Virus record (IMG/VR): IMGVR_UViG_3300006922_000151
Location: 1 to 26,285 of that record
DNA length: 26,285 nucleotides
Direction: 5' to 3' (one strand)
DNA from: a virus
Taxonomy: Duplodnaviria > Caudoviricetes
Both the position numbers and the translations under genes were made by a program. A model generated the notes under the pieces. It saw nothing but the letters and a program-made list of their open reading frames with translations, was not told where the DNA came from and made no database searches. This document shows positions 8,400 through 17,920 of the stretch, in pieces (positions within the stretch are counted from its first letter, which is position 1; every line of letters begins with the position of its first letter).

Positions 8400-9456
8400 T
8401 TTTCATATATTTTAAAAACTCTGGTTTAATCTCAACCTTAAACTTGTATATAGGATGTTCTTTAGGTGGAATACCACTGTAGTCACCAGATGATTGAACC
8501 AAGATTCCCTTTCTATAAATAGGTTCTAGATAAGTAAATGATGCATGATCAAGCTTATCTTTTTTCTGTAGATACTCAATCATTTCAAATGAATTCATTC
8601 GTGAGAGCCTAAGAAAATTACTATTATTAATCCATGTCTTTACATCTTTGCTCCTATTGTATCTATAGATTCTACCACTAATTTTATCAGCTAGCTTCCA
8701 TAGATAATGAATGTTAGTTTCATAATCAATGTTAGGTAAGATTGTTCCTGCCATAGCAACATCCTCATCACTCCCCCATACCTGTGAAGATATAGTTTCT
8801 ACTAGCTCCTCATCAAGAGTTAGCTTAGTTACTGGGTTATTAATAATATCCTCAGCATTAACTACACCAAGCCCATTATTAATTGCATCAATAATCTTAA
8901 GACCACCACTGGTGATATACTTCTCATAAATACTATCTGCATTATGAGCATTGTTTGCATATGCGCTAGGTCTATAACCTAGATTTGGATGAAACAAGAC
9001 TGGTTTATCATGATCATTTACCATATCAACAAAGCTATCATCACCCATACGAGAAATACCATAGCCTACATGATATCCTTTTAAATAACCCATAATATTT
9101 CTATTAGAGAATGGTGTCCATCTATCTGTGGTAATATCGAGAGTCTTACCAACTACAACTGCATCAGCTCTTTTAAGACTACCTGTTATTTTAATATCAA
9201 GAGCATCAAGTATACCACGCATTCTATCATTAGTGTACTCTATGCCTGGTACAATATAAACCTTCTTACCTTTTAAAGCAGAAGGATCAGTATCAGATTT
9301 AAAAGTCTCTACAAAATCATAATACTGCGATGTCTTAATAAGATATATGCTATTATTAAAATTCTCCTCAGAGTAAGGCACGGTTATTTCCCGTACCTCA
9401 CTCCCAAGAAGATTTGTAACAATAGTATTATCAATTTCTTGAAATACTTTACTCAT
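8371..9456 (-). CDS. BRCT-like domain protein, paralog of 7284-8399
   Basis: LKGKKVYIVPGIEYTNDRMRGILDALDIKITGSLKRADAVVVG fits the BRCT pattern; TAATG-coupled to the MoxR gene. Confidence 0.6.
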   Translation of the reverse strand: MSKVFQEIDNTIVTNLLGSEVREITVPYSEENFNNSIYLIKTSQYYDFVETFKSDTDPSALKGKKVYIVPGIEYTNDRMRGILDALDIKITGSLKRADAVVVGKTLDITTDRWTPFSNRNIMGYLKGYHVGYGISRMGDDSFVDMVNDHDKPVLFHPNLGYRPSAYANNAHNADSIYEKYITSGGLKIIDAINNGLGVVNAEDIINNPVTKLTLDEELVETISSQVWGSDEDVAMAGTILPNIDYETNIHYLWKLADKISGRIYRYNRSKDVKTWINNSNFLRLSRMNSFEMIEYLQKKDKLDHASFTYLEPIYRKGILVQSSGDYSGIPPKEHPIYKFKVEIKPEFLKYMKNEESVKSTD

Positions 9457-10715
9457 TACGCCATTGTCATTTTAACAATCTGAGGCTTCATCATAAGCTT
9501 ATTAAACTTCTGACGAGCACCATTGTATATTGTTCTTACAACAAGATACTTCAGATCATTTGTGAAATAATCCCCAGTGCAAAGCTTCTCTAGTCTAGTG
9601 ACTATATCAGCAGTTACTGAGTTCTCTTTAGAATAAACTATAGAATAGTTTGCTAGCCTTGTAGCTAGTATAGATGCAATATCTGCACGATAAGAATCAC
9701 CTGTACCAACAGAAGACTTTAGCTTATTAATAATCTTAGACTCATCTTGATCAGTCAATAACTCTTTTGGAGTTACAATCTTATCAAGTCTATTATTAAT
9801 AAACATAGTAAACATAGAAGCAAACTCACTACCAACAGAGCCCTCACCAATCATTTGGATCATAGCTAGGTTGTCTTCAAAGCTATCAAAGCTAGAGATA
9901 GAATTAAAGAACGTAGTGATAGATCTTGCATTAGTCTCTTGTGTTACCAACTCTGGGTTAAGTAATAAGAAGTTAATACATCTAGTATCTATGTTAGCTT
10001 CCTCTGCCCATCTTGCCCATACATCTACATCAAACTTTAGGTTTGCAGTAATATAACGAGTCTTCTGAGCTGAGTCAATACTATTAACCATGTAGTCTCC
10101 ATTGTCTGGATTAGCAGTTAGAATGATGTGCCAGTCCTTTGGTAAAGACCAAGAGATATAAGTCTGTCTATCAATCAACTCCATAACAGCTTGAATGAAT
10201 CTTACATCAGCACGGTTCCAATCATCTAGTAGAAGGATACCACCTTGCTTCTTATCAGAGATCCACTCAGGTGCACAGTAAGACATTCTATTCTTACCGG
10301 TCATCTTGAAACCATTCTTTAGATACTCATTGACTGCGAGTTCATCTACCCATTGACCTACCTTTTTGGTAGTCATGTTTGCAACATCCTTAGATGCAGC
10401 AGCTCTTTGTGCAGCAGTATAGTTAAGTCCATCATTAGATGGTTTAACTTTTACTTCCTTGTACATCTGAAACTGACGTACAGGAAAACCTACTAAGTCA
10501 CCCAGCTCCTCAATCTGTGCTAGATTCAACTTTACAAAGTCTAGATTATTCTCCTTTGCCAACTCTACAATAGTAGAAGTCTTACCAATACCTGATTCAC
10601 CCACAACCTCAATTGCAACTGGTGGTTTACTTTCCTTCTGTAGGAAACGATTGTTTTCTATAATGTGGTTTACAAAACCCTTTAGTTCATCAATATTTAA
10701 ATTAACTTGTGCCAT
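9456..10715 (-). CDS. MoxR-like AAA+ ATPase
   Basis: Walker A GESGIGKT, E.GDL.G.P, Walker B LLLDDWNRA, LTANP, D.AQKTR; adjacent to a vWA gene. Confidence 0.88.
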   Translation of the reverse strand: MAQVNLNIDELKGFVNHIIENNRFLQKESKPPVAIEVVGESGIGKTSTIVELAKENNLDFVKLNLAQIEELGDLVGFPVRQFQMYKEVKVKPSNDGLNYTAAQRAAASKDVANMTTKKVGQWVDELAVNEYLKNGFKMTGKNRMSYCAPEWISDKKQGGILLLDDWNRADVRFIQAVMELIDRQTYISWSLPKDWHIILTANPDNGDYMVNSIDSAQKTRYITANLKFDVDVWARWAEEANIDTRCINFLLLNPELVTQETNARSITTFFNSISSFDSFEDNLAMIQMIGEGSVGSEFASMFTMFINNRLDKIVTPKELLTDQDESKIINKLKSSVGTGDSYRADIASILATRLANYSIVYSKENSVTADIVTRLEKLCTGDYFTNDLKYLVVRTIYNGARQKFNKLMMKPQIVKMTMA

Positions 10716-10717
10716 GA

Positions 10718-11881
10718 TTAGTTTAGTTTAATTACTTTACCTGGTAACGCTTCATTCATATCTGATCTGCTACTAAGAACCCATAGAGTATTCTTAGGAC
10801 AGTCTGTAGGAGAATGAGCTTCACCATCAGTTAAATATACTAGAGCAGTATACTTGCTCTTATTCTGATTAAAATGATCTATAACAGGTTGGAAGTCAGT
10901 ACCTCCACGACCTTTGATATCCCAATCTTTCTTAGGATTAAATTCCTCAACACTTGTTAGCTGTGTATCACACTGTGCTACAGTAATACAATGACCTGTC
11001 TTATGCATATGCACGAGCTCATTCATGAACTCTTTTAACTCATCATTATTTACTGATGCAGAAGTATCTACACCAACAAGAATGTTGTTTTTAAATTTAA
11101 TCTTTAGACCTGGACTACCCGCATATCTTTTATTGAACTTTCTTCTAAGCTTCTTAGTATAACTCTTAGTAGAGTTACCAAAGAACTTTCTTAGATATCC
11201 TTTCCAATCAAACTTAGCAGGTTCAGGATTTGTCAGTCTACGTATTAAATCTGCAAGCTCACTTGGTACGTAACCTTGCTTCTTCTCTACTGCTTCTGCA
11301 GTCTCCTTCAACTGATGTTCTATCTGCTTCTGTATAAGCTTCTTATCAGATTCAGATAAATCATTCATCTCATCCCATGTAGGGTGATCATATTGAGAGC
11401 TACCATCCATTTGGTCTAGTATACTCTCTAGAGAAGGAGATGTACCATCCTGTTGAGCTTTACCCAACTCCTTATAATAATAATCAGTACCTGCTCTTCT
11501 ATCAAGCTTTAACTCTGGAAAGGTATCCATAGTTATACCACCATCAGGCAAGCAACTTCTATCTATATATTGATTGATCTCTAGATCCGCAGCAATATTA
11601 AATAGCTTCTTATCTGGATACTTATCACGTATAAGCAGGTGACCAAAAGATATATGTAAAAGCTCATGCTTAATCAATCCCATTCTATGATCTTCATTAA
11701 GATCCATAAAGAACTTTGGATTGATAGCTAGCTTTACACCTATATCATTCTTACTAACACCTGCAGTAGGAACTCTCTCAGAGTATTCCTTATTTAGTCC
11801 AACTAAAAAGAGCCCGTAAAAAGGCTCTTTAAATAAAAGTTTCTTAGACGATCTAGAAACTTGATTTGCTATATCTTTCAT
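10718..11881 (-). CDS. metallopeptidase-like + vWA domain protein (DUF2201-type)
   Basis: HELLH (HExxH) and NIAADLEIN in the N-terminal half; MIDAS DTSAS, GGTDF and YLTDG in the C-terminal half. Confidence 0.88.
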   Translation of the reverse strand: MKDIANQVSRSSKKLLFKEPFYGLFLVGLNKEYSERVPTAGVSKNDIGVKLAINPKFFMDLNEDHRMGLIKHELLHISFGHLLIRDKYPDKKLFNIAADLEINQYIDRSCLPDGGITMDTFPELKLDRRAGTDYYYKELGKAQQDGTSPSLESILDQMDGSSQYDHPTWDEMNDLSESDKKLIQKQIEHQLKETAEAVEKKQGYVPSELADLIRRLTNPEPAKFDWKGYLRKFFGNSTKSYTKKLRRKFNKRYAGSPGLKIKFKNNILVGVDTSASVNNDELKEFMNELVHMHKTGHCITVAQCDTQLTSVEEFNPKKDWDIKGRGGTDFQPVIDHFNQNKSKYTALVYLTDGEAHSPTDCPKNTLWVLSSRSDMNEALPGKVIKLN

Positions 11882-11884
11882 AAG

Positions 11885-12139
11885 CTATATCATTGATTCA
11901 TAATACTTGCATTGATCATAAAAGTGTTCAGTAGGATATGCATGAAACTCTACTACATCATTATTATTATGTAGTCTAAACATTTCTGATACATACTCTT
12001 CCATAGAATATACTGGATAGTCTATTACACCAGTCTTTCTTATTACCTTAAATCTTACAGTATTAAACAAAAACTCAGGAGAAGACTTTGTAGCATCATT
12101 ATAATCATCTGTTGTTTCAAACGTAAATTTAAACTTCAT
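11885..12139 (-). CDS. hypothetical protein (84 aa)
   Basis: ORF in operon orientation, overlapping the upstream stop and ending 3 nt before the vWA start. Confidence 0.65.
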   Translation of the reverse strand: MKFKFTFETTDDYNDATKSSPEFLFNTVRFKVIRKTGVIDYPVYSMEEYVSEMFRLHNNNDVVEFHAYPTEHFYDQCKYYESMI

Positions 12140-12521
12140 CTTTCAAAATATTATCTTCTAAAATTTCAATTGTAACACCAGGTTCTTCCTTGTTATAATC
12201 ATATTGATAGAACACAGGGAGTAAGATATCAGCATTATCATCTTCTATCCACTCGTGTTTAACCATATCATCCTGTACAGTTTGTAAAGGATTAACATAA
12301 TCAAACTTGTGTCTACTACCTCTATGAAAGGTGAACCCTACCCTTACAGGGTATTTATATTTAGAGAACTCTTCTACAAAGCTATCTTTCATATCTTCAT
12401 ATAAAGACTTTGTAGCTTTTCTATAGTTCATTACGGTTTTGCTGGAGATAAAATATTTACCTGTCCATCTCCTACCATTCTTACTTGACGGGACATTGCC
12501 CGGTATAAACCATTTATTCAT
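12129..12521 (-). CDS. RusA-like Holliday junction resolvase
   Basis: IPGNVPSSKN, KFDYVN, QD, WIEDDN acidic motifs; start revised to MNKWF (12521), which overlaps the primase stop. Confidence 0.75.
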   Translation of the reverse strand: MNKWFIPGNVPSSKNGRRWTGKYFISSKTVMNYRKATKSLYEDMKDSFVEEFSKYKYPVRVGFTFHRGSRHKFDYVNPLQTVQDDMVKHEWIEDDNADILLPVFYQYDYNKEEPGVTIEILEDNILKDEV

Positions 12522-13491
12522 ATATAGTTTTTTTGAGTAAAGGTTTGAGCTCTGTATGCACCTTCTCAAATCCATGGTCTTTTACAGCATCAGATATATC
12601 CTTAGCAATATCTAACGCGCAACCATTAACATCATATAGTTCTTTGTACCTTTCTATTGCTTGATGACCTGCGTCATCAGAGTCAAACAAGGTGATAATC
12701 TTCTTGTATCTTTTCTTAAAGCTTTCAATATATATTGGTTTAATTACACTAGTCTCACTCTCAGGTGCTACTACTTCAATATTATATCCAAATCCTTTTA
12801 GACACATTGCATCTTTCAAAGATGAACATATCACAAGATACGGTTGATTATATTCCAATTGATCTAACCCTTGCAGGTGAGATGCTATTCTAAAGAACTT
12901 GCGCTTTTTACTCTTTGGTTTATATACTTTATAAAGACTATCATCTTTAGTATAATAACCATACATACATGCGCTTTCTATCTTGATCTTATCTACCTTA
13001 CCGTTATCAATCCTAAGCATATTATAATACTCAAGGGGCTTGACATTATACTTATTAAGTAAGCTAGTACCAATTCTAAACTGTAACCAATAATCTGCAT
13101 CATCAGTGTTCCAGGTTCTTGTTTTAATATTATCTATCTCCCACTTAGCTGCGGGGTTAATAGTAATGTCTACAGAACCATTCTTCTTTACATAACTGTT
13201 GTAGTCATCTAGTATTTTACTTACAGCTAGACTATAATCTACAGAGAATATAGTCTTAACAAGATCAATCTTGCTGCCATAGGTCCCAGTAGAAAAGTCT
13301 TTAAACATATATTCATTTCTTGAGCTATCTACATAGATGCACATGCTTGGTGTGCGCTCATTAGCATTGAATATAGATTTAATTTTTACAGCTTGACCGG
13401 TTAGTACTTCAGGTAGATTAAGATAGTATTGAAATACCCAATAGCTGGGTACATCATTGTGAGTGTCAACTAGATTTCTAGTACTGAACAT
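12514..13491 (-). CDS. dnaG: DnaG-like primase (degenerate Zn-finger plus TOPRIM)
   Basis: KSIF..ERTPS...FKDFSTG N-terminal domain; ICSSLKDAM and LFDSDDAG TOPRIM motifs. Confidence 0.78.
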   Translation of the reverse strand: MFSTRNLVDTHNDVPSYWVFQYYLNLPEVLTGQAVKIKSIFNANERTPSMCIYVDSSRNEYMFKDFSTGTYGSKIDLVKTIFSVDYSLAVSKILDDYNSYVKKNGSVDITINPAAKWEIDNIKTRTWNTDDADYWLQFRIGTSLLNKYNVKPLEYYNMLRIDNGKVDKIKIESACMYGYYTKDDSLYKVYKPKSKKRKFFRIASHLQGLDQLEYNQPYLVICSSLKDAMCLKGFGYNIEVVAPESETSVIKPIYIESFKKRYKKIITLFDSDDAGHQAIERYKELYDVNGCALDIAKDISDAVKDHGFEKVHTELKPLLKKTIYE

Positions 13492-13504
13492 CTAACTAAG
13501 TTAT

Positions 13505-13533
13505 AAAAAAAGGGGAGCTTTCACTCCCCCTTT
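13505..13533 (-). terminator. intrinsic terminator
   Basis: Minus strand GGGGAGT-GAAA-GCTCCCC followed by T7. Confidence 0.85.
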
Positions 13534-13540
13534 CTAATTA

Positions 13541-14212
13541 TTAGAGATCAAAGTCATCTCCAACTGAACTCTTAGTTGGTTCAAACTTAGAGGTTTCTGT
13601 AGACTCTTTCTTAACAACTGGCCGGACATGTGTCTCACGATCAAATGTTAATAGTCTAGAGTTCTCTACACCTTCCCGCTCTATTGGAACACCATCCTTA
13701 GAAACTCTTGGTAGATACAAATCATTGTTGATATAACCTTCATTGTTCTCCCATTCCCTAGAGCCTAAACACGCATTAACAAATGAACCCGTGCATATGA
13801 TAGGACCAGCTGAAGAAACAAAGTCTTCAATAGTATCTGCCTCAATCATATCAAGTTCCTCTCTTACACCAAATGCTGAGGCAAGAAAGATCATTGTCTT
13901 AAGAATCTCCTGATCACGGGAAATATCTCTTCCACTAGGTAACGTAGTATCTTTAAAAGGATACTGACTAGCTCTAACTCTTCCTACCTGACCCTCATAA
14001 CGTCCAAGAGCCTCATTATTTCTATCTCTTAGAAAACCCTGGAAGTCACCTCCAATTGGCTTGCTTTCTATATGTAGATAGATGTTATAGGCATCCTTAT
14101 CATAAGGTGTCTGTTGTAGAGTTACATCATTAACTTTAAATGTAACGTTACCTGGGTTCATAAGGGGGCTGATTCTTCCACCTCCTGCTGACATATCTTT
14201 TGTACTTAACAT
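13541..14212 (-). CDS. putative single-stranded DNA-binding protein
   Basis: Directly downstream of a Sak4-like ATPase (the usual SSB position); beta-rich, with acidic/aromatic C-terminus GDDFDL. Function inferred. Confidence 0.5.
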   Translation of the reverse strand: MLSTKDMSAGGGRISPLMNPGNVTFKVNDVTLQQTPYDKDAYNIYLHIESKPIGGDFQGFLRDRNNEALGRYEGQVGRVRASQYPFKDTTLPSGRDISRDQEILKTMIFLASAFGVREELDMIEADTIEDFVSSAGPIICTGSFVNACLGSREWENNEGYINNDLYLPRVSKDGVPIEREGVENSRLLTFDRETHVRPVVKKESTETSKFEPTKSSVGDDFDL

Positions 14213-14216
14213 AGTT

Positions 14217-14900
14217 TTAATTTTCGTAATTATAAATTTTGTCCTTAACTAACTGAAGGTCATTTGGAATAAAAGGCTCTTCAAACATTCCCATTGGAGA
14301 CTTACAAGTATTCTCTCCATTGTTCACAGTTTCAAAACCATAATCCAAAGTACCATCATCTTTCTTTACTACCTTTCCAAATAGTACTATAGAGAACAAT
14401 CCCTCAAGTGTGAGAGTATTGTCTATCATTTTGCCAATAGTCTTGGCTTTCACCCTACGGTGACCATTAACATCTGTTGAATCTTCTGAATGAGTCATAA
14501 AGAAAACATATAAGTCATCTCTCAAATCTTTTGGGGTCTTAGCAACCTGTGCAAGATTTGCAGCAATCTGAGTAAACTTATCATAACCTTTCTCTAATGC
14601 TCTATCAAAATATTCAAAGCTAGACATATACTGCCAGTCATCAATAACTAAGTTCTTGATATGTGGCATCTTTTCATTCACATAATTTATTGCTTTTAAT
14701 ATACCAGTACTGCTAGAGGCATTAGTCATGTTACCCTTTGGGTTATCCTTAGATACCAAGGTGTACTTAGACTTCCAACCTTTAAACGGTAGAGGTTTAT
14801 TAGCAATATTTATAATGAAGGTTTCTTCAGGGTTGAGATTTCTGATAGCAGTGGACTTGCCAGTGCCAGAGTCTGCAATAATTAATACACTTTGTGCCAT
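14217..14900 (-). CDS. AAA_24/Sak4-like ATPase (recombination/annealing)
   Basis: ADSGTGKST Walker A, LVIDD Walker B, KPLPF, KT.GKM.D..LT.EGLF and KSP.GMF motifs. Confidence 0.82.
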   Translation of the reverse strand: MAQSVLIIADSGTGKSTAIRNLNPEETFIINIANKPLPFKGWKSKYTLVSKDNPKGNMTNASSSTGILKAINYVNEKMPHIKNLVIDDWQYMSSFEYFDRALEKGYDKFTQIAANLAQVAKTPKDLRDDLYVFFMTHSEDSTDVNGHRRVKAKTIGKMIDNTLTLEGLFSIVLFGKVVKKDDGTLDYGFETVNNGENTCKSPMGMFEEPFIPNDLQLVKDKIYNYEN

Positions 14901-15715
14901 TAGTTTAATTTTTTATCTAAAATTGTTGCTATCCTATCTAGTTGTTTAGCTATTGTACCCAATGCTTTAAACAAATCCTTTTGACTATCATCAGGATTCT
15001 CTAGAGGAGTATCAAAGGTAATGATTTCTTTGTTACGAGAGGTAACATCATTGATAATTTTTAGCTTAGATACAGGTACAAGATGTCTCTTATATCCCGA
15101 ACTGCTTTCATTTATCTCATAGATGTCTTTCCAATCCTGATCATACTCTAACAGATACAAAGTTCTCTTTGGATCTTCTGAGTCATACTCATAACTTACA
15201 AACTCAGTGTAGATATCTTTACCCTTCTCCAATTCACTTGGAAAAAAGGATACATGCATATCATCTTTACCCTTAGGTCTGTATGCCATCTTAGGTATAT
15301 ATAGAAAGTTATCATCAAGACTATCAAAATAACCTTTGTGCTCAATCCGTAACTCTCTTACTTTATATTTTCTTTCTTCAGGTGTCATATTCTTACCATT
15401 TATTTTACCACGTTCTAGTTTATTTATACTTACTGAATTACCACTACTCTCCGCTCTTACATCAAAGAACTTCTTTGTTTCTTTTTGATAATGAGCATTG
15501 AATTGTTCTTCTGCTGTCAGGTCTAGTATAACAGCATACTGATCTCTACGTAGATGGTGTTTATATATCCAAGACTTTTTAACCCATAGGTTTACACCAA
15601 GGCCATCTTGAACTTTTATAAACTTATCATCCTCATCAGTCTTCTTATTGAATAATACTAATAAACCTTTCCTATCATTTTTTATTTTAATCTTCTTACT
15701 AAATGCATTTGTCAT
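14900..15715 (-). CDS. hypothetical protein (271 aa)
   Basis: ORF coupled at both ends (ATGA and TAATG overlaps); no motif recognised. Confidence 0.72.
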   Translation of the reverse strand: MTNAFSKKIKIKNDRKGLLVLFNKKTDEDDKFIKVQDGLGVNLWVKKSWIYKHHLRRDQYAVILDLTAEEQFNAHYQKETKKFFDVRAESSGNSVSINKLERGKINGKNMTPEERKYKVRELRIEHKGYFDSLDDNFLYIPKMAYRPKGKDDMHVSFFPSELEKGKDIYTEFVSYEYDSEDPKRTLYLLEYDQDWKDIYEINESSSGYKRHLVPVSKLKIINDVTSRNKEIITFDTPLENPDDSQKDLFKALGTIAKQLDRIATILDKKLN

Positions 15716-16668
15716 CTTCTTTCTTGTGTTCCAGGAGTAGCCATCTCTTCAATCTCCATATTCTCAAACTTAGCTTTGAAGAAACTCATACGAGCATCAC
15801 CATTACGAGCTTTGAGGAAATGAAGAACTAGAGTACGATCATTCTCAATTATATATCTATCAGGACCATAGTATCTTATCTTCTGTTTAGCAGGACGATT
15901 GATACCAATCAATGTATCTGCATGTTGAAGCATTGCATCTGATCCAAAGATATCCGATTCAAGAATATAGTTACCGTACTTACCATCAACAGCTCTATCC
16001 GGGTTATCAATATTACGATTCAACTGAGACAGACAGATGAATAAACACGGATAGTCACGCTTACACTGCGTAAAGAACTCACCCAATTCAAATAACATAT
16101 CAAGTCTGTTATTCTGGTAGGGTGCTCTCTTTACGAGGATGGAATGGTCAAGGGTGATAATAGTTTGTTTACCCTTGTGTTCTTCCATATACATGTCAAC
16201 CTGCTCCCGCATTTGGTTTACTGTCATCGGTGTTGAGATTATATCAACGGGATACTTGACACGTTCCTTAGCATATTGGTGACAAGTGTTTAATACATCT
16301 GCTGTCAAAGTAGATCCTGCTGAGCATAGTTCTTTATAGGTCTTACCCGTTAAGGAACTAAACTCTCTAATAGCTGAGGTTCTACCAACCATCTCGAATT
16401 GAAACTCTAACACACGGAAGTCATCCGTGGGATTTAAAACAAAAGATTCTCTTACAATCTGGTCTTTGATTAGAGTCTTACCTGACCCCGGTCTTCCACC
16501 AATAACTGTTAGAGTGTTCCATTCTAAACCATCAGTAGCTGCATCATTAAACTTAGGCCAAGGTGTAAGTACTGACTTCTCCTTGCCTTGTTGTCTATTA
16601 TGCATATACTTTAGTGCTTCGTTAAAAGCAGTATACTGTCCATCCCAAGCCTTCTCTATCTTACTCAT
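15712..16668 (-). CDS. dnaB: DnaB-like (SF4) replicative helicase lacking the N-terminal domain
   Basis: GGRPGSGKT, FQFEM, ITLDH, LSQLNR, SD...Q.AD and KARNG motifs. Confidence 0.9.
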   Translation of the reverse strand: MSKIEKAWDGQYTAFNEALKYMHNRQQGKEKSVLTPWPKFNDAATDGLEWNTLTVIGGRPGSGKTLIKDQIVRESFVLNPTDDFRVLEFQFEMVGRTSAIREFSSLTGKTYKELCSAGSTLTADVLNTCHQYAKERVKYPVDIISTPMTVNQMREQVDMYMEEHKGKQTIITLDHSILVKRAPYQNNRLDMLFELGEFFTQCKRDYPCLFICLSQLNRNIDNPDRAVDGKYGNYILESDIFGSDAMLQHADTLIGINRPAKQKIRYYGPDRYIIENDRTLVLHFLKARNGDARMSFFKAKFENMEIEEMATPGTQERR

Positions 16669-16879
16669 TTAATCCATTTAAATAATCAATTGCACGATAG
16701 TAAAAAGGCTTGCCTGTAACTTCTATCAGTCTTTGACAAGTTATAAGAGCTGCGCGGATTGCCATATCTTTAGGATACTTGTATCCAATAAGACCTTCTT
16801 CAATACCACCTTCACCTCTGTGTTCTCTAATTAAGTCATTACAAAAAGCAATGACTGCACTTTTACTATCTGATTTCAT
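16661..16879 (-). CDS. hypothetical protein (72 aa)
   Basis: Overlap-coupled ORF in operon. Confidence 0.65.
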   Translation of the reverse strand: MKSDSKSAVIAFCNDLIREHRGEGGIEEGLIGYKYPKDMAIRAALITCQRLIEVTGKPFYYRAIDYLNGLNE

Positions 16880-17454
16880 ACTACCTTTTCTGTAAAGTGA
16901 TCGTCTTCTGTGCTCACACCATCAACAATCATATCACAATAGTCTGCTAGTGAAGAGTGTTTGACTTTATGTTTATCCTGTTTACAGACAAAGTACTGAC
17001 TTGTCTGCATGTATAGATAACCATTGTCTCTGTACTCGTTCACATACATACGTGTTGCTTTTATGACTGTATCCCATGTGTGATCAAACGTTTCAAAAAA
17101 CCAACGGAAAGACTCACCAAGAATTTTAATATTATTTCTTGCTGGCTTACCACTGGGTAACTTCTTTGCAGGGAATATCTCCCTGTAAAGTTTGATATTG
17201 TTTGCATAGTCCTTACCCATTAGTTGGATATCTGTTTTCTTCTTAGACTTAACAAAGTAGTTATCAATTTCTATAATGATCTTCTTAGACTTAGCTGTAA
17301 GTTTACCATCTACGATAAACTCTTCATTAAGCAAATAATCAAGATCTTCATCACCTCCAACATTAACCGCTATCTTCTTATGTATACCATAAAGAACTAA
17401 GCATTGGTTGGGTGTGAGTTTATTGGTTAGAATCTTCTGAAATATTTGCCACAT
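16876..17454 (-). CDS. hypothetical protein, possibly DNA-binding or replication accessory
   Basis: 192 aa ORF between the DnaA_C and DnaB genes; function is positional inference only. Confidence 0.7.
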   Translation of the reverse strand: MWQIFQKILTNKLTPNQCLVLYGIHKKIAVNVGGDEDLDYLLNEEFIVDGKLTAKSKKIIIEIDNYFVKSKKKTDIQLMGKDYANNIKLYREIFPAKKLPSGKPARNNIKILGESFRWFFETFDHTWDTVIKATRMYVNEYRDNGYLYMQTSQYFVCKQDKHKVKHSSLADYCDMIVDGVSTEDDHFTEKVV

Positions 17455-17920
17455 TATCTATCTTATTTTTAACTAGCTGGTATCTAGTAATGAAAAAGTT
17501 ATCACTAGCATCAATATGTATATTAGCTTGTCTAAGCTGGTGAATAACACTAGAATGATCATTATCTAAGAACTTACCTATTGATGTAACAGTGTTCCCT
17601 GCTTGTCTAGCAAACATACAAAATATTCTTTTGAAAACTATGTAATCACGATTCCTCCACTTAGCACATAAGTCTTTATATTTTCTTAAATGAGGACTAT
17701 CCTCATGCATAAATTCTATAACAATATTAGCTATTGCTTCCATTGATAAGTGCTCAACAGTCTCAGCCTCTTTAACTTCAACTGGTACTACCCTGTCAGG
17801 TATGTTAGTAGTTCCATCTTGATTAATATAAAATATTTCTACACCATAAACTGTTTTAATATAGTTCTTATACTGATCAAAGTCTCTCTTAAAATCTTTA
17901 TTAATTTTTACTTCTACCAT
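17420..17920 (-). CDS. DnaA C-terminal (domain IV) HTH protein
   Basis: RNRDYIVFKRIFCMFARQAGNTVTSIGKFLDNDHSSVIH matches the Bac_DnaA_C signature (IG..F..RDHTTVIH). Confidence 0.72.
   Translation of the reverse strand: MVEVKINKDFKRDFDQYKNYIKTVYGVEIFYINQDGTTNIPDRVVPVEVKEAETVEHLSMEAIANIVIEFMHEDSPHLRKYKDLCAKWRNRDYIVFKRIFCMFARQAGNTVTSIGKFLDNDHSSVIHQLRQANIHIDASDNFFITRYQLVKNKIDNVANISEDSNQ

Noticed and set aside
14900-15715. Gene fusion or internal start at MTPEERK (ATG at 15388)
   Set aside because: The leader is A-rich, but nothing in the sequence alone separates this from an ordinary internal Met; needs homolog alignment.
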